A stretch of 64,000 bases of DNA from Promethearchaeota archaeon (GCA_014728035.1 WJMJ01000059.1:192001-256000), one strand, 5' to 3'. Shown: positions 46,841 to 57,278, numbered from the stretch's first letter. Numbers and translations: made by a program. The notes: generated from the sequence alone by a model not told the origin.

Positions 46841-48043
46841 CTAGAGGGGAATTCTTAGATAACGAATTGCCTTCAGTCCCGCAAGGAACGTTTTAGGGTT
46901 TCCTAGTAATTTTGCTATCACTCTTCCTTGCCTATCCATATCGCCCTCTTTTTTCACGGTGCTTACAAGTCCTAAATCAGCGGCATCACCAATTAGAGAA
47001 TCCAGTCCCTTATTGGAAAGTGAACCTATCAATTTCTGAACCAAATACATTAATCGTAAATCATTCATCAGAGATTTTCTCCATATTTTTTCAAACTTCT
47101 CTAGATGTGTCTGCCCTCCTGAGTCAGCTTCTAGGGATTGAGCAATGTGTTTCCCAGCCAATCTAGCTACTTTACCGCCCAAAATCACACCCCCTCCTGT
47201 AGTTGCTTTAACAATTCCTGCAGCATCTCCAACCACAACAAAATTACTTCCTATTGTTTTCTTGATTGGTTTTCCTACTAATACTATACCTCCAAAACCT
47301 CTTTCAACTGTGGCATTTCGAAGACGCTTCTTTAAAATCGGGTGATGCGAAATTGCAGATTTTAGTCTTATTTTGCTATAATCTCTAGCTGCCAGTCCAA
47401 CTCTAGCTCTTCTTTCTCCAAGTGGAATTAACCAACAGAAGAATCCTGGTGCTACACGATTGTCATAATACATTTCGACCAAGTCTTCATGAGCATCGAC
47501 ATTTTTCAACTCAAATTGATATGCTGGCATTTTGCTTTTTCTTGGGACTGAATAAAAACCGATAGATCTTGATATGTAACATCTTACACCCTCCGCATTA
47601 ACGACTCTTCTTGAAGATATCTTTTCTTTTGATTCCTTTTGCTTAATATGTGCAATCCACTCAGTTTCATTGTTAACAATCTTTGTGACTTGAGAACTGG
47701 TTTTAATTTGTACACCTGTATGATGTGCTTTATCAGCTAGCCATCTATCAAATGCAATACGATCCACAACAAAGGCTTCTCGCTTTCCTCTTTCGATTAA
47801 TATTGATTTTCCAGATGGTGAAAATATGCGTGCTCCTGATACATGATTCTGAATTACATCTTTAGGCAGCTTGAGACCGAGTTCTTGTATACCGGATGTA
47901 CTAAGGAGACCTGCACAATGGTCCGGTTTACCTATTGCTGGATGCTCTTCGAAAATCAATACTTTGTGTCCTCTACTTGCAGCATCGATTGAGGCAAGGA
48001 TACCAGCAGGTCCAGCACCAATGACTGTTACATCAGCTTTCAG
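46841..48043 (-). CDS. geranylgeranyl reductase-family FAD oxidoreductase, probable CTG start
   Basis: The frame extends upstream to LKADVTVIGAGPAG (Rossmann GxGxxG). Also CAGLL, APGFFCWLIP and VGDAAG...TGGGV. Confidence 0.88.
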   Translation of the reverse strand: MKADVTVIGAGPAGILASIDAASRGHKVLIFEEHPAIGKPDHCAGLLSTSGIQELGLKLPKDVIQNHVSGARIFSPSGKSILIERGKREAFVVDRIAFDRWLADKAHHTGVQIKTSSQVTKIVNNETEWIAHIKQKESKEKISSRRVVNAEGVRCYISRSIGFYSVPRKSKMPAYQFELKNVDAHEDLVEMYYDNRVAPGFFCWLIPLGERRARVGLAARDYSKIRLKSAISHHPILKKRLRNATVERGFGGIVLVGKPIKKTIGSNFVVVGDAAGIVKATTGGGVILGGKVARLAGKHIAQSLEADSGGQTHLEKFEKIWRKSLMNDLRLMYLVQKLIGSLSNKGLDSLIGDAADLGLVSTVKKEGDMDRQGRVIAKLLGNPKTFLAGLKAIRYLRIPL

Positions 48044-48124
48044 TTTTTACTCCTCAAATCCTCCTCGATAAGACCCTTTTTATCTGTCACCACTGGTGAA
48101 ATACTGTTTCTGGAGAATCACGTT

Positions 48125-48493
48125 ATGCCAAGACATCAATTTACGTACAAACAAGTCATTGTCGTACGAACTGATTTGGATATGAGTAAAGGTAAGACTG
48201 CTGTACAGGTTGCTCATGGGTCTTTGAGTGCGTCTGAGCGTGCACGTGGAAAAACAAATGATATTTGGAAAGCATGGTTTCGGGAGGGCCAGAAAAAGGT
48301 CGCACTAAAAGTTCGTTCTGAAGACGATTTAAAGACATTAATATCCCAAGCGATACAGGCTGACTTACCATATGCAATGATTAGAGATGCTGGAATGACC
48401 GAACTACCTCCTGGTACGGTTACGGTTATTGGTATAGGCCCGGCACTAGCAGAGAAAATAGACAAAATCACAGGCGATCTCAAGTTATTGTGA
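48125..48493 (+). CDS. pth2: peptidyl-tRNA hydrolase Pth2
   Basis: KQVIVVRTDLDMSKGKTAVQVAH, GQKKV, DAGMTEL, GIGP. Confidence 0.95.
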   Translation: MPRHQFTYKQVIVVRTDLDMSKGKTAVQVAHGSLSASERARGKTNDIWKAWFREGQKKVALKVRSEDDLKTLISQAIQADLPYAMIRDAGMTELPPGTVTVIGIGPALAEKIDKITGDLKLL

Positions 48494-49857
48494 GTGGAAA
48501 TACGTTGAAAGAAGCAAACCCCTTTGAAAAAACTCTAGGTATAGAACTATATTCTACTGATTTTCCAGGCATGAATGGTAGAATAAAAAGTTGTTATGAA
48601 GATTTCATAGTGACAGAAATTTCTCCCGAGGAACGTACACTTCGAATCAAGAATATGGAAACTCTCAATGATTGGCACGGTGCAATTGATACACTAATTG
48701 AAGGAGAACGAGACCGTTTTGTTCGATTTATTATGCAAAAAAGTGGATTGTCCACAATGGATGTCGCCCATATATTGGCATCCGAACTGAATATCCCTCG
48801 ACACTTGATTAATTATGCTGGATTGAAAGATAAACGAGCTGTCACAGCACAATTCATGTCGATTCCTGCAAGCAGTGCTGAAATGCTGCCCAAATGCAGA
48901 TTATCCAGAATTCTCATTAGAGAAATGGAGTATACTCATCATCCAGTAAATATTGGCGACCTATGGGGAAACCGTTTTAAAATCCATTTTAGAGAAATTG
49001 ATTCTCCAATCGAAGAAGCTATGGAGCATGCTAGTTCTCTTTCTACTACGCCTCTCTTAAACTACTTTGGTGTTCAACGATTTGGCGTCACTCGTCCTTT
49101 CACACATCGTGTTGGAAAGGCTTTGATAAATAGAGATTACGAAAAAGCTGTAATGATAATGTTGACTGAAACCAGCAAGTACGAGCCTGTTGAACTAACT
49201 GAAACTCGAACAAAACTTGCAGAAGACTTCACCCCCTCAGAGGAATTGCTAGATGTGTTTCCCAAGAGCCAAAGATATGAGCGTAGGATTATCAAGCATT
49301 TAATCAAACATCCTAATGATTTCAAACGTGCAATATTGAAAATTCCACCACGGATTTTGACAATCTTCATCCATGCATATCAGTCATACTTGTTCAATCG
49401 GTTAATTAGTCAACGTGCAAGAAATGAAATGCCTTTGGAATTTCCTATTGTTGGCGATTTCTTGATACGGCTCGATACTACTCACTCAGGACGTGACTCG
49501 TGGATTTTTGTAACAGAAAGAAAACTTGAATCATGTATGGATCTTATCGCATCTGGTGAATATGGATTAGCAATGCCTATTCCTGGATATGCAACTAAAA
49601 CACCCCCGTCTGAACAAACTGATATGCTTAAGACTCTCCTGAAATCTGAACAGATTAGCCTGATTGCTTTTCGCAATCCCGAACATCGCTCATTAAATTC
49701 TCCGGGTGGTTTGCATCTATTATCTGTTCACCCACTTCAATTGAATGTCGAAGGAGTAGATAATCAACTTATTCTTGAGTTTTCACTTCGAAAAGGCTCT
49801 TATGCAACAATTGTTATGCGTGAACTGATGAAAAATCATCCAATTAATCGAGTATAG
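48490..49857 (+). CDS. truD: tRNA pseudouridine(13) synthase TruD/Pus7
   Basis: EDFIVTE, AGLKDKRAVTAQ, GNRF, NYFGVQRFG, GSYATIVMRE. Confidence 0.95.
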   Translation: MSGNTLKEANPFEKTLGIELYSTDFPGMNGRIKSCYEDFIVTEISPEERTLRIKNMETLNDWHGAIDTLIEGERDRFVRFIMQKSGLSTMDVAHILASELNIPRHLINYAGLKDKRAVTAQFMSIPASSAEMLPKCRLSRILIREMEYTHHPVNIGDLWGNRFKIHFREIDSPIEEAMEHASSLSTTPLLNYFGVQRFGVTRPFTHRVGKALINRDYEKAVMIMLTETSKYEPVELTETRTKLAEDFTPSEELLDVFPKSQRYERRIIKHLIKHPNDFKRAILKIPPRILTIFIHAYQSYLFNRLISQRARNEMPLEFPIVGDFLIRLDTTHSGRDSWIFVTERKLESCMDLIASGEYGLAMPIPGYATKTPPSEQTDMLKTLLKSEQISLIAFRNPEHRSLNSPGGLHLLSVHPLQLNVEGVDNQLILEFSLRKGSYATIVMRELMKNHPINRV

Positions 49858-49861
49858 ATTC

Positions 49862-50443
49862 TCAAAACCGTCTTCGGCTGGCAAACTCTTTCATTTTTTC
49901 ATCAAAAGCATCTTCAGGCTTCTCATCCGTTTGCACTCTTTCGTCTTGATACTGAAATATCACAGATTGTCCCATTATAGCGGATACAATCTTTCGCAAG
50001 TCGGATTTGGTGTAATCAATTCTATCTCTATCTTCAGTCCTGAGCATAACGATACTCTCTTTCTCACCGTTTGGAAGATAGAGGCTATTAACACCCACTT
50101 CAACTGCGGGATAGATTAATTCGCGAACAAGAGATCTCAGCTTGACCGGGCCTTCAAAAATCATAACCGATCCATATAGATTTTCCATTTCGCCAATTAG
50201 GTCAATCTGGTCTTTAAGTTGCTCAGCCTGTTTTTTCTTCACAATAATGATTATTTTACCTGCTGTCTTGATAGCTCTTCTGAAGGATAAATCTTCAATC
50301 TCTGGATAATCTTCAACTCTCTCTAATATCCATTTTGAGAAATCTATATCGAATTGAGTAATCTCTCCTCTATCTAATTTCCCTTGGCAGTTTGGACACA
50401 ACATATCCGTTTCGAGATCAAACTTACAGACTGGTAAACGCAT
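49862..50443 (-). CDS. archaeal NusA-like KH-domain protein with N-terminal Cys motif
   Basis: LPVCKFD...LCPNCQGKLDRGEIT...LIYPA...GVNSLYLPNG. Confidence 0.75.
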   Translation of the reverse strand: MRLPVCKFDLETDMLCPNCQGKLDRGEITQFDIDFSKWILERVEDYPEIEDLSFRRAIKTAGKIIIIVKKKQAEQLKDQIDLIGEMENLYGSVMIFEGPVKLRSLVRELIYPAVEVGVNSLYLPNGEKESIVMLRTEDRDRIDYTKSDLRKIVSAIMGQSVIFQYQDERVQTDEKPEDAFDEKMKEFASRRRF

Positions 50444-50512
50444 TTCAAAGGCCTCGTTGAACGATTGTTCCTATTTCTGTTGGTTCGTTCAATTAACCAT
50501 ATGAAATTTGTG

Positions 50513-50887
50513 TTAGTCAACTTTTGCCAATGTAATATCTATGGTACTTACGTTCAAATCGCTACCCTTGTCTGTTTTGACAGTAGTAGTGTCGATTATT
50601 ATCTCCTTTACTTCGAGGTCTGTAATGAATCTATGTCGTGTTATTTCTGCCACATCAACAGCACGACTTATCAGTCGTCCTCTTGCCTTGATGACTACTT
50701 CTTCCGCTCCTTTGTTGAATAGTGTCACACACGCTAGAACATAACTCATTACGTTCTTGTTACCTACAAGTATTACGTTGCCATTTCTGTCGTCTTTGTC
50801 TGATTTTGATGTATCTTTGTTTTCTGTTTCTGGTGTCACCAATAGACTCTCCGCACACTCGCTCGCAATCTCTCTCCGGTCTAACAC
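50513..50887 (-). CDS. albA: chromatin protein Alba (true start probably near 50840)
   Basis: [14 protein letters not shown]...[16 protein letters not shown]...VSTIDITL. Confidence 0.94.
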   Translation of the reverse strand: MLDRREIASECAESLLVTPETENKDTSKSDKDDRNGNVILVGNKNVMSYVLACVTLFNKGAEEVVIKARGRLISRAVDVAEITRHRFITDLEVKEIIIDTTTVKTDKGSDLNVSTIDITLAKVD

Positions 50888-51028
50888 AAAGATAGAATTA
50901 TCAGATATAGATTTCGCTTAATATATTGTATTATCTTTTTATTAATTGGAGAAATACGTTTTAGCTTTCTGTCATTCAGTAATGTTTTTGTGGTTTATGA
51001 TTGGGTTTCTTGGTGGATGTATTATTAG

Positions 51029-52297
51029 ATGGCACAAATCACCTTTTTGGGATCAACCAGGAATATAGGACGTGCTGGATTTTTCATAGAAGAAAATGAT
51101 GAAAGCATGCTAGTAGATTATGGTGTACAGTTTGGAAATCCTCCTACTTTTCCTGACATGATACCTATCGATGGTCTACAGGGTGTAGCTCTTACACATG
51201 CTCATCTCGACCACTCGGGTGGTCTTCCTATTGTTCTATCTAAGGACCGAGGAATTTCATTATTTTGTACGCCTGCAAGTCGAGACCTCACGATTCTATT
51301 ACTTCGTGATATGATCAAAATATCACGAGGTCGATTACCATATGATAGAAAAGATGTTACAAAGGTTCGTCGCCAATGCCAAGCGACTCCATATGAAAAT
51401 ACTGTGCCTCTAGGGCGACATTTTGAAATGACCCTTTTCAATGCAGGACATATCCCTGGCAGTGCAATGGTTTCTGTACGTGTTGATGGGAAACGCATCT
51501 TATTCACTGGCGATTTTAATGCTACAGAATCACAGCTTACACCCGGAGCAAGAGTCAATCTTCCAAAACATGATGTTGTGGTAACCGAAAGCACCTATGC
51601 TCAACGAATCAATCCCGATCGTGAAGAGATTGAAAAATCATTGATTGATGCCACTATTGAAACACTCGAACGTGGTGGAACTGTATTGATTCCTGCATTT
51701 GCAGTTGGGCGCAGCCAAGAAATAATGTGTATATTGGAGAAACACAAATTACCGAATAAATATCCGATTTATGTTGACGGAATGGCTAGGAAAGTGAATG
51801 ATATTCTTGTTCGTCATCCTGAATATCTTCAGAGTCCTCAGGCATTTTCACGAGCTGTATCTCGAACTCATGAGATTCGTGATAATAGGGATCGAAATCG
51901 CGCAATGAATGCTGGTGGTGTAATTATCTCTCCAGCTGGAATGCTTAAGGGTGGTGCATCTCATGTGTATTTCAAACGTCTGCATGATGACCCTCGAAAT
52001 TCAATTATTTTAGTAAGTTTTCAAATTCCTGGAACTCCTGGTGCTGAATTACTCGCTACTAAAACAGTAGAAGTCGGAAGAAAACGATTCGATGTCAAAG
52101 CTGATGTGCAACAGTTCCATTTATCCTCTCACTCGGATTCTAAGGGTCTAGTCAAAATGCTCACAAATATTCCTGGAAATCCAGAGTTCTATTTAGTTCA
52201 CGGAGAATCTGAATCCTGCGACATCCTTGCTGAAAATCTGCAGAAAATGGGACGAAAAGCAACAGTGCCCGAGAAAAACGAGGCTTTTGAGGTTTAG
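51029..52297 (+). CDS. MBL-fold beta-CASP ribonuclease (aCPSF2-like, no KH domains)
   Basis: THAHLDHSG, AGHIPGSA, TESTY, PAFAVGRSQE, SSHSD, VHGE. Confidence 0.9.
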   Translation: MAQITFLGSTRNIGRAGFFIEENDESMLVDYGVQFGNPPTFPDMIPIDGLQGVALTHAHLDHSGGLPIVLSKDRGISLFCTPASRDLTILLLRDMIKISRGRLPYDRKDVTKVRRQCQATPYENTVPLGRHFEMTLFNAGHIPGSAMVSVRVDGKRILFTGDFNATESQLTPGARVNLPKHDVVVTESTYAQRINPDREEIEKSLIDATIETLERGGTVLIPAFAVGRSQEIMCILEKHKLPNKYPIYVDGMARKVNDILVRHPEYLQSPQAFSRAVSRTHEIRDNRDRNRAMNAGGVIISPAGMLKGGASHVYFKRLHDDPRNSIILVSFQIPGTPGAELLATKTVEVGRKRFDVKADVQQFHLSSHSDSKGLVKMLTNIPGNPEFYLVHGESESCDILAENLQKMGRKATVPEKNEAFEV

Positions 52298-52509
52298 ACC
52301 TCTTCAGCCTTGGTTCGAGCTTCAATAATTTGGCACTTGACTTGTTGAAGCACTTCTTCGGCTTTCTGTGGTTCAAGGACCAGAGTATAAAGATATCTTG
52401 CTGTGCGAAGTTTGAGCTTTACTTGATCGCTTGTCCTTCTCACACGACATTCGACGGCATCCTCCGTCATTTCAAGGAACTTGTCAACATCATAGATTTG
52501 TTTTGGCAT
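52294..52509 (-). CDS. rpl38e: ribosomal protein L38e
   Basis: MPKQIYDVDKFLE...VKLKLRTARYLYTLV. Confidence 0.92.
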   Translation of the reverse strand: MPKQIYDVDKFLEMTEDAVECRVRRTSDQVKLKLRTARYLYTLVLEPQKAEEVLQQVKCQIIEARTKAEEV

Positions 52510-52553
52510 GATTCGGGCCTCTTGTATTGATTAGCGTCTATGACCAGGATTAG

Positions 52554-52658
52554 TGGGCCGGGCCGGAGCTTCAGTCACGGTGTGATTCACCCAGACTTTT
52601 GAACCAGCGATCCCCGCCGTGTGAAGGCGGTATCATAGCCGAGCTAGACCACCGGCCC
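52554..52658 (-). tRNA. tRNA-Val(CAC) with a 30-nt BHB intron at 59/60 (52568-52597); CCA not encoded
   Basis: GGGCCGG/CCGGCCC acceptor, CCGCC-TTCACAC-GGCGG; BHB GG-TTCA-AAA...TGAA-GCT-CC. Confidence 0.93.
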
Positions 52659-52680
52659 TGATTGCTGGTGCTATTACTGA

Positions 52681-52839
52681 CTATTGCTTCTTTCGACGCT
52701 TTGGTCTGAGGTCTTTGTTTTTGCATTTTCTGCACTTCTTAGCATTCATTGGATTTGTAGCTCCACAGGTGCGACAAACTTTCTTGTATAGTAAGTAATG
52801 CTGTGCAAGTCTGCGTTTTTCTATGTCAACAACTGGCAT
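52681..52839 (-). CDS. rpl40e: 50S ribosomal protein L40e (below the ORF-track size cutoff)
   Basis: Manual translation [52 protein letters not shown]. Confidence 0.94.
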   Translation of the reverse strand: MPVVDIEKRRLAQHYLLYKKVCRTCGATNPMNAKKCRKCKNKDLRPKRRKKQ

Positions 52840-52963
52840 CTTAAGACCTCGTATCTTAGTAAGCTGACTCTATTGAAAAAGTCTGCTCAGGGCAACCATT
52901 CAGGTGAGATTTTAAACCTTGTGTTTGCACATCTAAAATCTCACCTGTGCATTCTTTGAAAAG

Positions 52964-53833
52964 TTACATCACATCTTTCAGTAGGGTTGCAACGTCACTA
53001 GGTTTCTCAGCAACTGGAATTCCAGCTTTGTTGAAGGCCTCAATTTTTGCTTTCGCAGTTCCAGTACTTCCACTGATAATTGCTCCAGCATGCCCCATTC
53101 TTTTTCCGGGTGGTGCAGTTCTACCTGCGATGAATGCCACAACAGGACGGTCGTAATTCTCTTTAATATAGGCAGCAGCACGTTCTTCAGCGTCCCCTCC
53201 TATTTCTCCAACTAACACAAGAGCTTTGGTCTTTTTGTCCTCCTTGAAGAGCTTGACACCCTCAGCAGGGGTTAGTCCAACACAAGGGTCTCCTCCAAGT
53301 CCTATGGCTGTAGAAATTCCAATACCCGCATGGGTCATTCCAGCTGCGATTTCATATGTGAGAGTTCCACTTCTCGACATGAGACCAACATCTCCTCCAG
53401 AAAACACATGACCCGGCATTATTCCTAGTTTCTGTTTATCTCCAGGAGTGATGATTCCAGGAGTATTTGGCCCAATAACTGTAATCCCTTTCTTCTTAGC
53501 AGCATGGATGACTCTGATTTCATCTTTGACCGGTACATGTTCTGTAATCAATACGACTGGATTCAGATTGGCAGCAATCGCTTCCATGGCGGCATCGCCT
53601 GCGAATGGTGCTGGCACGAAAATTACGGATGCAGTTACATCGTGTTCTTCTTTTGCTTGTTTCACACTATCGTAAACCGGAACTCCATGGATCTCTTCTC
53701 CACCTTTTCCAGGTGTCATTCCTGCAATAATTTTTGTACCGTATTCTAACATTGCTTCAGTATGGAATGTTCCCTGAGAGCCTGTTATTCCTTGGATTAT
53801 CACTTTAGTATCTTTATCAACTAGTACTGGCAT
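52964..53833 (-). CDS. sucD: succinyl-CoA synthetase alpha subunit
   Basis: QGITG, IGPNTPG, SRSGTLTYE, GEIGG, RMGHAGA. Confidence 0.96.
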   Translation of the reverse strand: MPVLVDKDTKVIIQGITGSQGTFHTEAMLEYGTKIIAGMTPGKGGEEIHGVPVYDSVKQAKEEHDVTASVIFVPAPFAGDAAMEAIAANLNPVVLITEHVPVKDEIRVIHAAKKKGITVIGPNTPGIITPGDKQKLGIMPGHVFSGGDVGLMSRSGTLTYEIAAGMTHAGIGISTAIGLGGDPCVGLTPAEGVKLFKEDKKTKALVLVGEIGGDAEERAAAYIKENYDRPVVAFIAGRTAPPGKRMGHAGAIISGSTGTAKAKIEAFNKAGIPVAEKPSDVATLLKDVM

Positions 53834-54979
53834 CTATTTTCCCTCCTCGACAAGACCCACAACTTTTTCGGCTGCTTCTTCCATTGTCTTGAGGAATGGT
53901 ATTCCTGCGTCATTCAAAATCTTCTGTCCCTCTTCTTCGTTTGTTCCTACCATTCTTATGACCATAGGCACCTCAATACCATATTTCTCTCTGGCTGCTA
54001 AGATGCCATTGGCTACGTCATCACATCGTGTGATTCCTCCCATGATATTGACGAGTATTGCCTTCACATTTTCGTACATCTGTGCTATTTTTATTCCCAT
54101 TTCTACTCTCTCTGCATCTGAGCCACCACCAAGATCCAGAAACGTGCTTGCACTCCCTCCGTAGAGTGACACTGCGTCAAGAGTTGCCATAGTTAATCCT
54201 GCACCATTACAGATACATGCAATATCTCCATCAAGTTCTACATATGCCATACCATGATCTGTAGCAAGTTGCTCCCGTTCGTTTTGTTCAACTGGCTCAC
54301 GTTCTAGTTTTTCAATTAGTTTTTTGTGTCGATAGAGAGCATTATCATCTATATTCAATCTTGCATCAGCAGCAAAAAAGATTCCATCTTCAGTCAAAAT
54401 TAATGGATTGATTTCAGTAAGCTCCACATCGTAGCTGTCAACGATTTGCCATAGTTTTAGAAAGAATCCAGCTAGCTTATTGATTGCTTTCCCAGTGAAT
54501 CCCATAGCTATTGCCATCTGTCTTGCCTCGAAGGGTTGGAAGCCTGTATCGGGATTCACATGCATCTTGATGATTTTCTCAGGGCTTTCTTCTGCAAGCT
54601 CCTCGATTGACATTCCACCTGCTGAACTTCCAATCACCACATACTTTCTTGTATTTCTGTCAATTGTAATTCCTGCATAGATTTCTTGTTTAATGTCCAA
54701 TTTTTCTTCAACGAGCACTGCCTCAACTGGAAGGTCGTTTATTTTCATAGCGAGAATCTCTTTTGCAAGCTGTTCTGCTTGCTCTGGAGTATCCGCGAAT
54801 TTCACTCCTCCTGCTTTACCTCGTTTTCCTGAGAGCACTTGTGCCTTAACTACTACTGGTTTACCCACTTCAGTAGCACGCTTCTTTGCCTCTTGAGGGG
54901 TCTTTGCTACACCACCTGGTGGGAGTGGCATACCAAAGGCTCGGAAGATATCCTTTGCTTCATGTTCAAAGAGTTTCAT
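53834..54979 (-). CDS. sucC: succinyl-CoA synthetase beta subunit
   Basis: MKLFEHEAK, RGKAGGV, EINPL, NGAGLTMATLD, GGITRCD. Confidence 0.96.
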   Translation of the reverse strand: MKLFEHEAKDIFRAFGMPLPPGGVAKTPQEAKKRATEVGKPVVVKAQVLSGKRGKAGGVKFADTPEQAEQLAKEILAMKINDLPVEAVLVEEKLDIKQEIYAGITIDRNTRKYVVIGSSAGGMSIEELAEESPEKIIKMHVNPDTGFQPFEARQMAIAMGFTGKAINKLAGFFLKLWQIVDSYDVELTEINPLILTEDGIFFAADARLNIDDNALYRHKKLIEKLEREPVEQNEREQLATDHGMAYVELDGDIACICNGAGLTMATLDAVSLYGGSASTFLDLGGGSDAERVEMGIKIAQMYENVKAILVNIMGGITRCDDVANGILAAREKYGIEVPMVIRMVGTNEEEGQKILNDAGIPFLKTMEEAAEKVVGLVEEGK

Positions 54980-55058
54980 CGATTTTTACCACCGCAGTAC
55001 GGGGCATCATATTTAGCCCCTAAACTCGTTGCGACAGCCTAAATAATCCATAAAAAGA

Positions 55059-57278
55059 TTAACTTATTGCGGCTAAAATTATACCTAGTCTTTCATCTAA
55101 TTTCTTACAATCTTCCAGAAGATGGGTGTGGATATCAGATTCTATAAGGTTCAGCAAAATCAGATTCACATATTGTATTTCTTCAATACAATTTTCAATC
55201 ACACCCGGAAGATCATTTTCACAGGCAATATTTTCAATACTTTCAGACCCAATCGACTTCAAAATACGTGAAATCATCTCATTAGGTAATCCCGTTCTTG
55301 ATTTTACAAGTTTCTCCAGTATTAAATTCAGATTTTTCTTTTTCTTTTTTAAAGCTCTTAGTACAACTTTTGCATCCCGAACAGGAACACCCAGTAACGA
55401 TACACTTTCTCCTAATTCTGTACACTCTATCTTCTTTCCCTCTCTGTAGACCAACCCTTCTCGTTCAAGGTCTTCTAGAATTTCCATCCCTCGGAATGCT
55501 TGTTTGATTACTCCCGGTGCATATGGTTTGGTTTCATCATTAGCTAATATGAACCTAGAAAACTTCACTAAATGTTTACAAAGTCTCTGGCGTTTCACTC
55601 CCTGATATTTCCAAGACTCGCACGAACAAGACACCCCCTCTTTACTTTTCAATGTGACAAAATGCCATAGGTCTCTACTCTGACTTCTCACAAGTCCTTC
55701 TATCTTGTATGGTGTTACTGAAACTAAACTAACCATCTTATCTTCAATTTCTGAAGCTCGTTTTTGTGTGCTTTTGGTTGATTGAAGGCCAATAAGTTTC
55801 TCGATGTCTATTCCCTCAGATGGAAAAACTCTCTTGGTGATGTCTGTTGTCCGATTTATTGATGCCCAAAAAGTACGATAAAGAACACTGAATGGGTCTT
55901 TTTCTTCTACTCCTGATTGACACATCTGATTTAGAATTAGATCTTGTATATTCTCACGGGTGTCCATGAGACTATCTACTTCACCTTTTACTGGAAAGAT
56001 ATAACCATCCTGGTTTTGAACAAAATATTTTGATAATATTCTTCTTCGTTCTGTTTCGTTATCAACTACTACTGTGCCAAATCCCTCATTATCTAAACCA
56101 ATTCTACCTGCAGAATGTAATGCTTCATCTAATTCCCATTCGGTTAGCATGGTCAAATTTTCTTCTCCAGATAGCTCCATACCAATGCCTTGCATAAATA
56201 CTCCCATCAGGAATACAACTGTAGCCTTCATTCCACTTGCAATAGAGAATCTTGTAGGCATTACTAACACTGGGATAATTCCTTCTGACCAAGCTTTTGA
56301 AATTGCTCTTCGTTGAGCTGATGCTACTCCTTCATGAATAAATGGAACACCCATTCTTATTGTTTCAGCCAATTGTTGAGTCATGGTACACTCAGCATAT
56401 TTTTTCATAACTTCATTTGATACTTCTATTAGTCTATCTTTATGTTCTGGCTTGAGTCGTAGATCCAACTTGTCATCAGGATTTGATCCTAATCCAGAAA
56501 GTTGCATTGCAATTCTTTCACATGTGGAAGTATTGGGACAAAGAATTAGAGTCAATCCTCGTGAGTAATGAATGTATTCTGTAAGGTCTTTGAATTGTTT
56601 ATCAATACCCTCAAATTGTTTCACGCTAAATATGCGTTTCAAATCTGGTTTTGGATCTTCTACGATTGTTGCTTGTAACCATTCTGCTAGTTCTGTAATA
56701 TCAGCTACAGAGGGACATATCGCGAGATACTGAATCTTTTGACCTAACCCCATCATTTTGACAATTATACTTTCAAGTCTTGGGCCAATGCTCGTCCTTC
56801 CAATTAGGTCCATTCTCTTAATAACTACACATCTCAGATTCTTGAGGATTTCGGGATGTGTTCGAATTGCAATACTGAATGCTCGATATGTAGCAACAAT
56901 GACTCTTCCTATATGCAAGTCTGATTGGATAGCTTTTCTTCGTCTATCTATAAGGGTTGCTTCTACACCTAACCGGAGACATTTCTGCCCAATACTTTTT
57001 AGTGCTTGATTTGCAGAATGGGGATTTGGACATAGAATTACTCCTTTCGCTCGAAAGTCTGTTGCTATTGTACTGAGGAGACTTATTTCTGAAATTTGGT
57101 ATGCTTCTTCATAGTCGTAGGTTACAAGAATTTGGTTTTGTTTTCTAAGGATTCCTTTTTGAAGCGCATTCATCTGAAAGTCTGTAAGCTTGTCCATCCC
57201 TTCTCTTCTAAGAATCTCAAGAAGCCGAGGGGATCTCATTTCGAGTTCCAGCTCACGTAATGCACTCATTATTATCAC
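55059..57278 (-). CDS. degenerate Hel308/Ski2-like helicase paralog with SWIM zinc finger
   Basis: Hel308-like layout (LTDFQ, IVATY, ELAEWL, GVPFIHEG, AGRIG) with Walker A and B lost; SWIM CSCESW...LCKHL. Confidence 0.78.
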   Translation of the reverse strand: MIIMSALRELELEMRSPRLLEILRREGMDKLTDFQMNALQKGILRKQNQILVTYDYEEAYQISEISLLSTIATDFRAKGVILCPNPHSANQALKSIGQKCLRLGVEATLIDRRRKAIQSDLHIGRVIVATYRAFSIAIRTHPEILKNLRCVVIKRMDLIGRTSIGPRLESIIVKMMGLGQKIQYLAICPSVADITELAEWLQATIVEDPKPDLKRIFSVKQFEGIDKQFKDLTEYIHYSRGLTLILCPNTSTCERIAMQLSGLGSNPDDKLDLRLKPEHKDRLIEVSNEVMKKYAECTMTQQLAETIRMGVPFIHEGVASAQRRAISKAWSEGIIPVLVMPTRFSIASGMKATVVFLMGVFMQGIGMELSGEENLTMLTEWELDEALHSAGRIGLDNEGFGTVVVDNETERRRILSKYFVQNQDGYIFPVKGEVDSLMDTRENIQDLILNQMCQSGVEEKDPFSVLYRTFWASINRTTDITKRVFPSEGIDIEKLIGLQSTKSTQKRASEIEDKMVSLVSVTPYKIEGLVRSQSRDLWHFVTLKSKEGVSCSCESWKYQGVKRQRLCKHLVKFSRFILANDETKPYAPGVIKQAFRGMEILEDLEREGLVYREGKKIECTELGESVSLLGVPVRDAKVVLRALKKKKKNLNLILEKLVKSRTGLPNEMISRILKSIGSESIENIACENDLPGVIENCIEEIQYVNLILLNLIESDIHTHLLEDCKKLDERLGIILAAIS

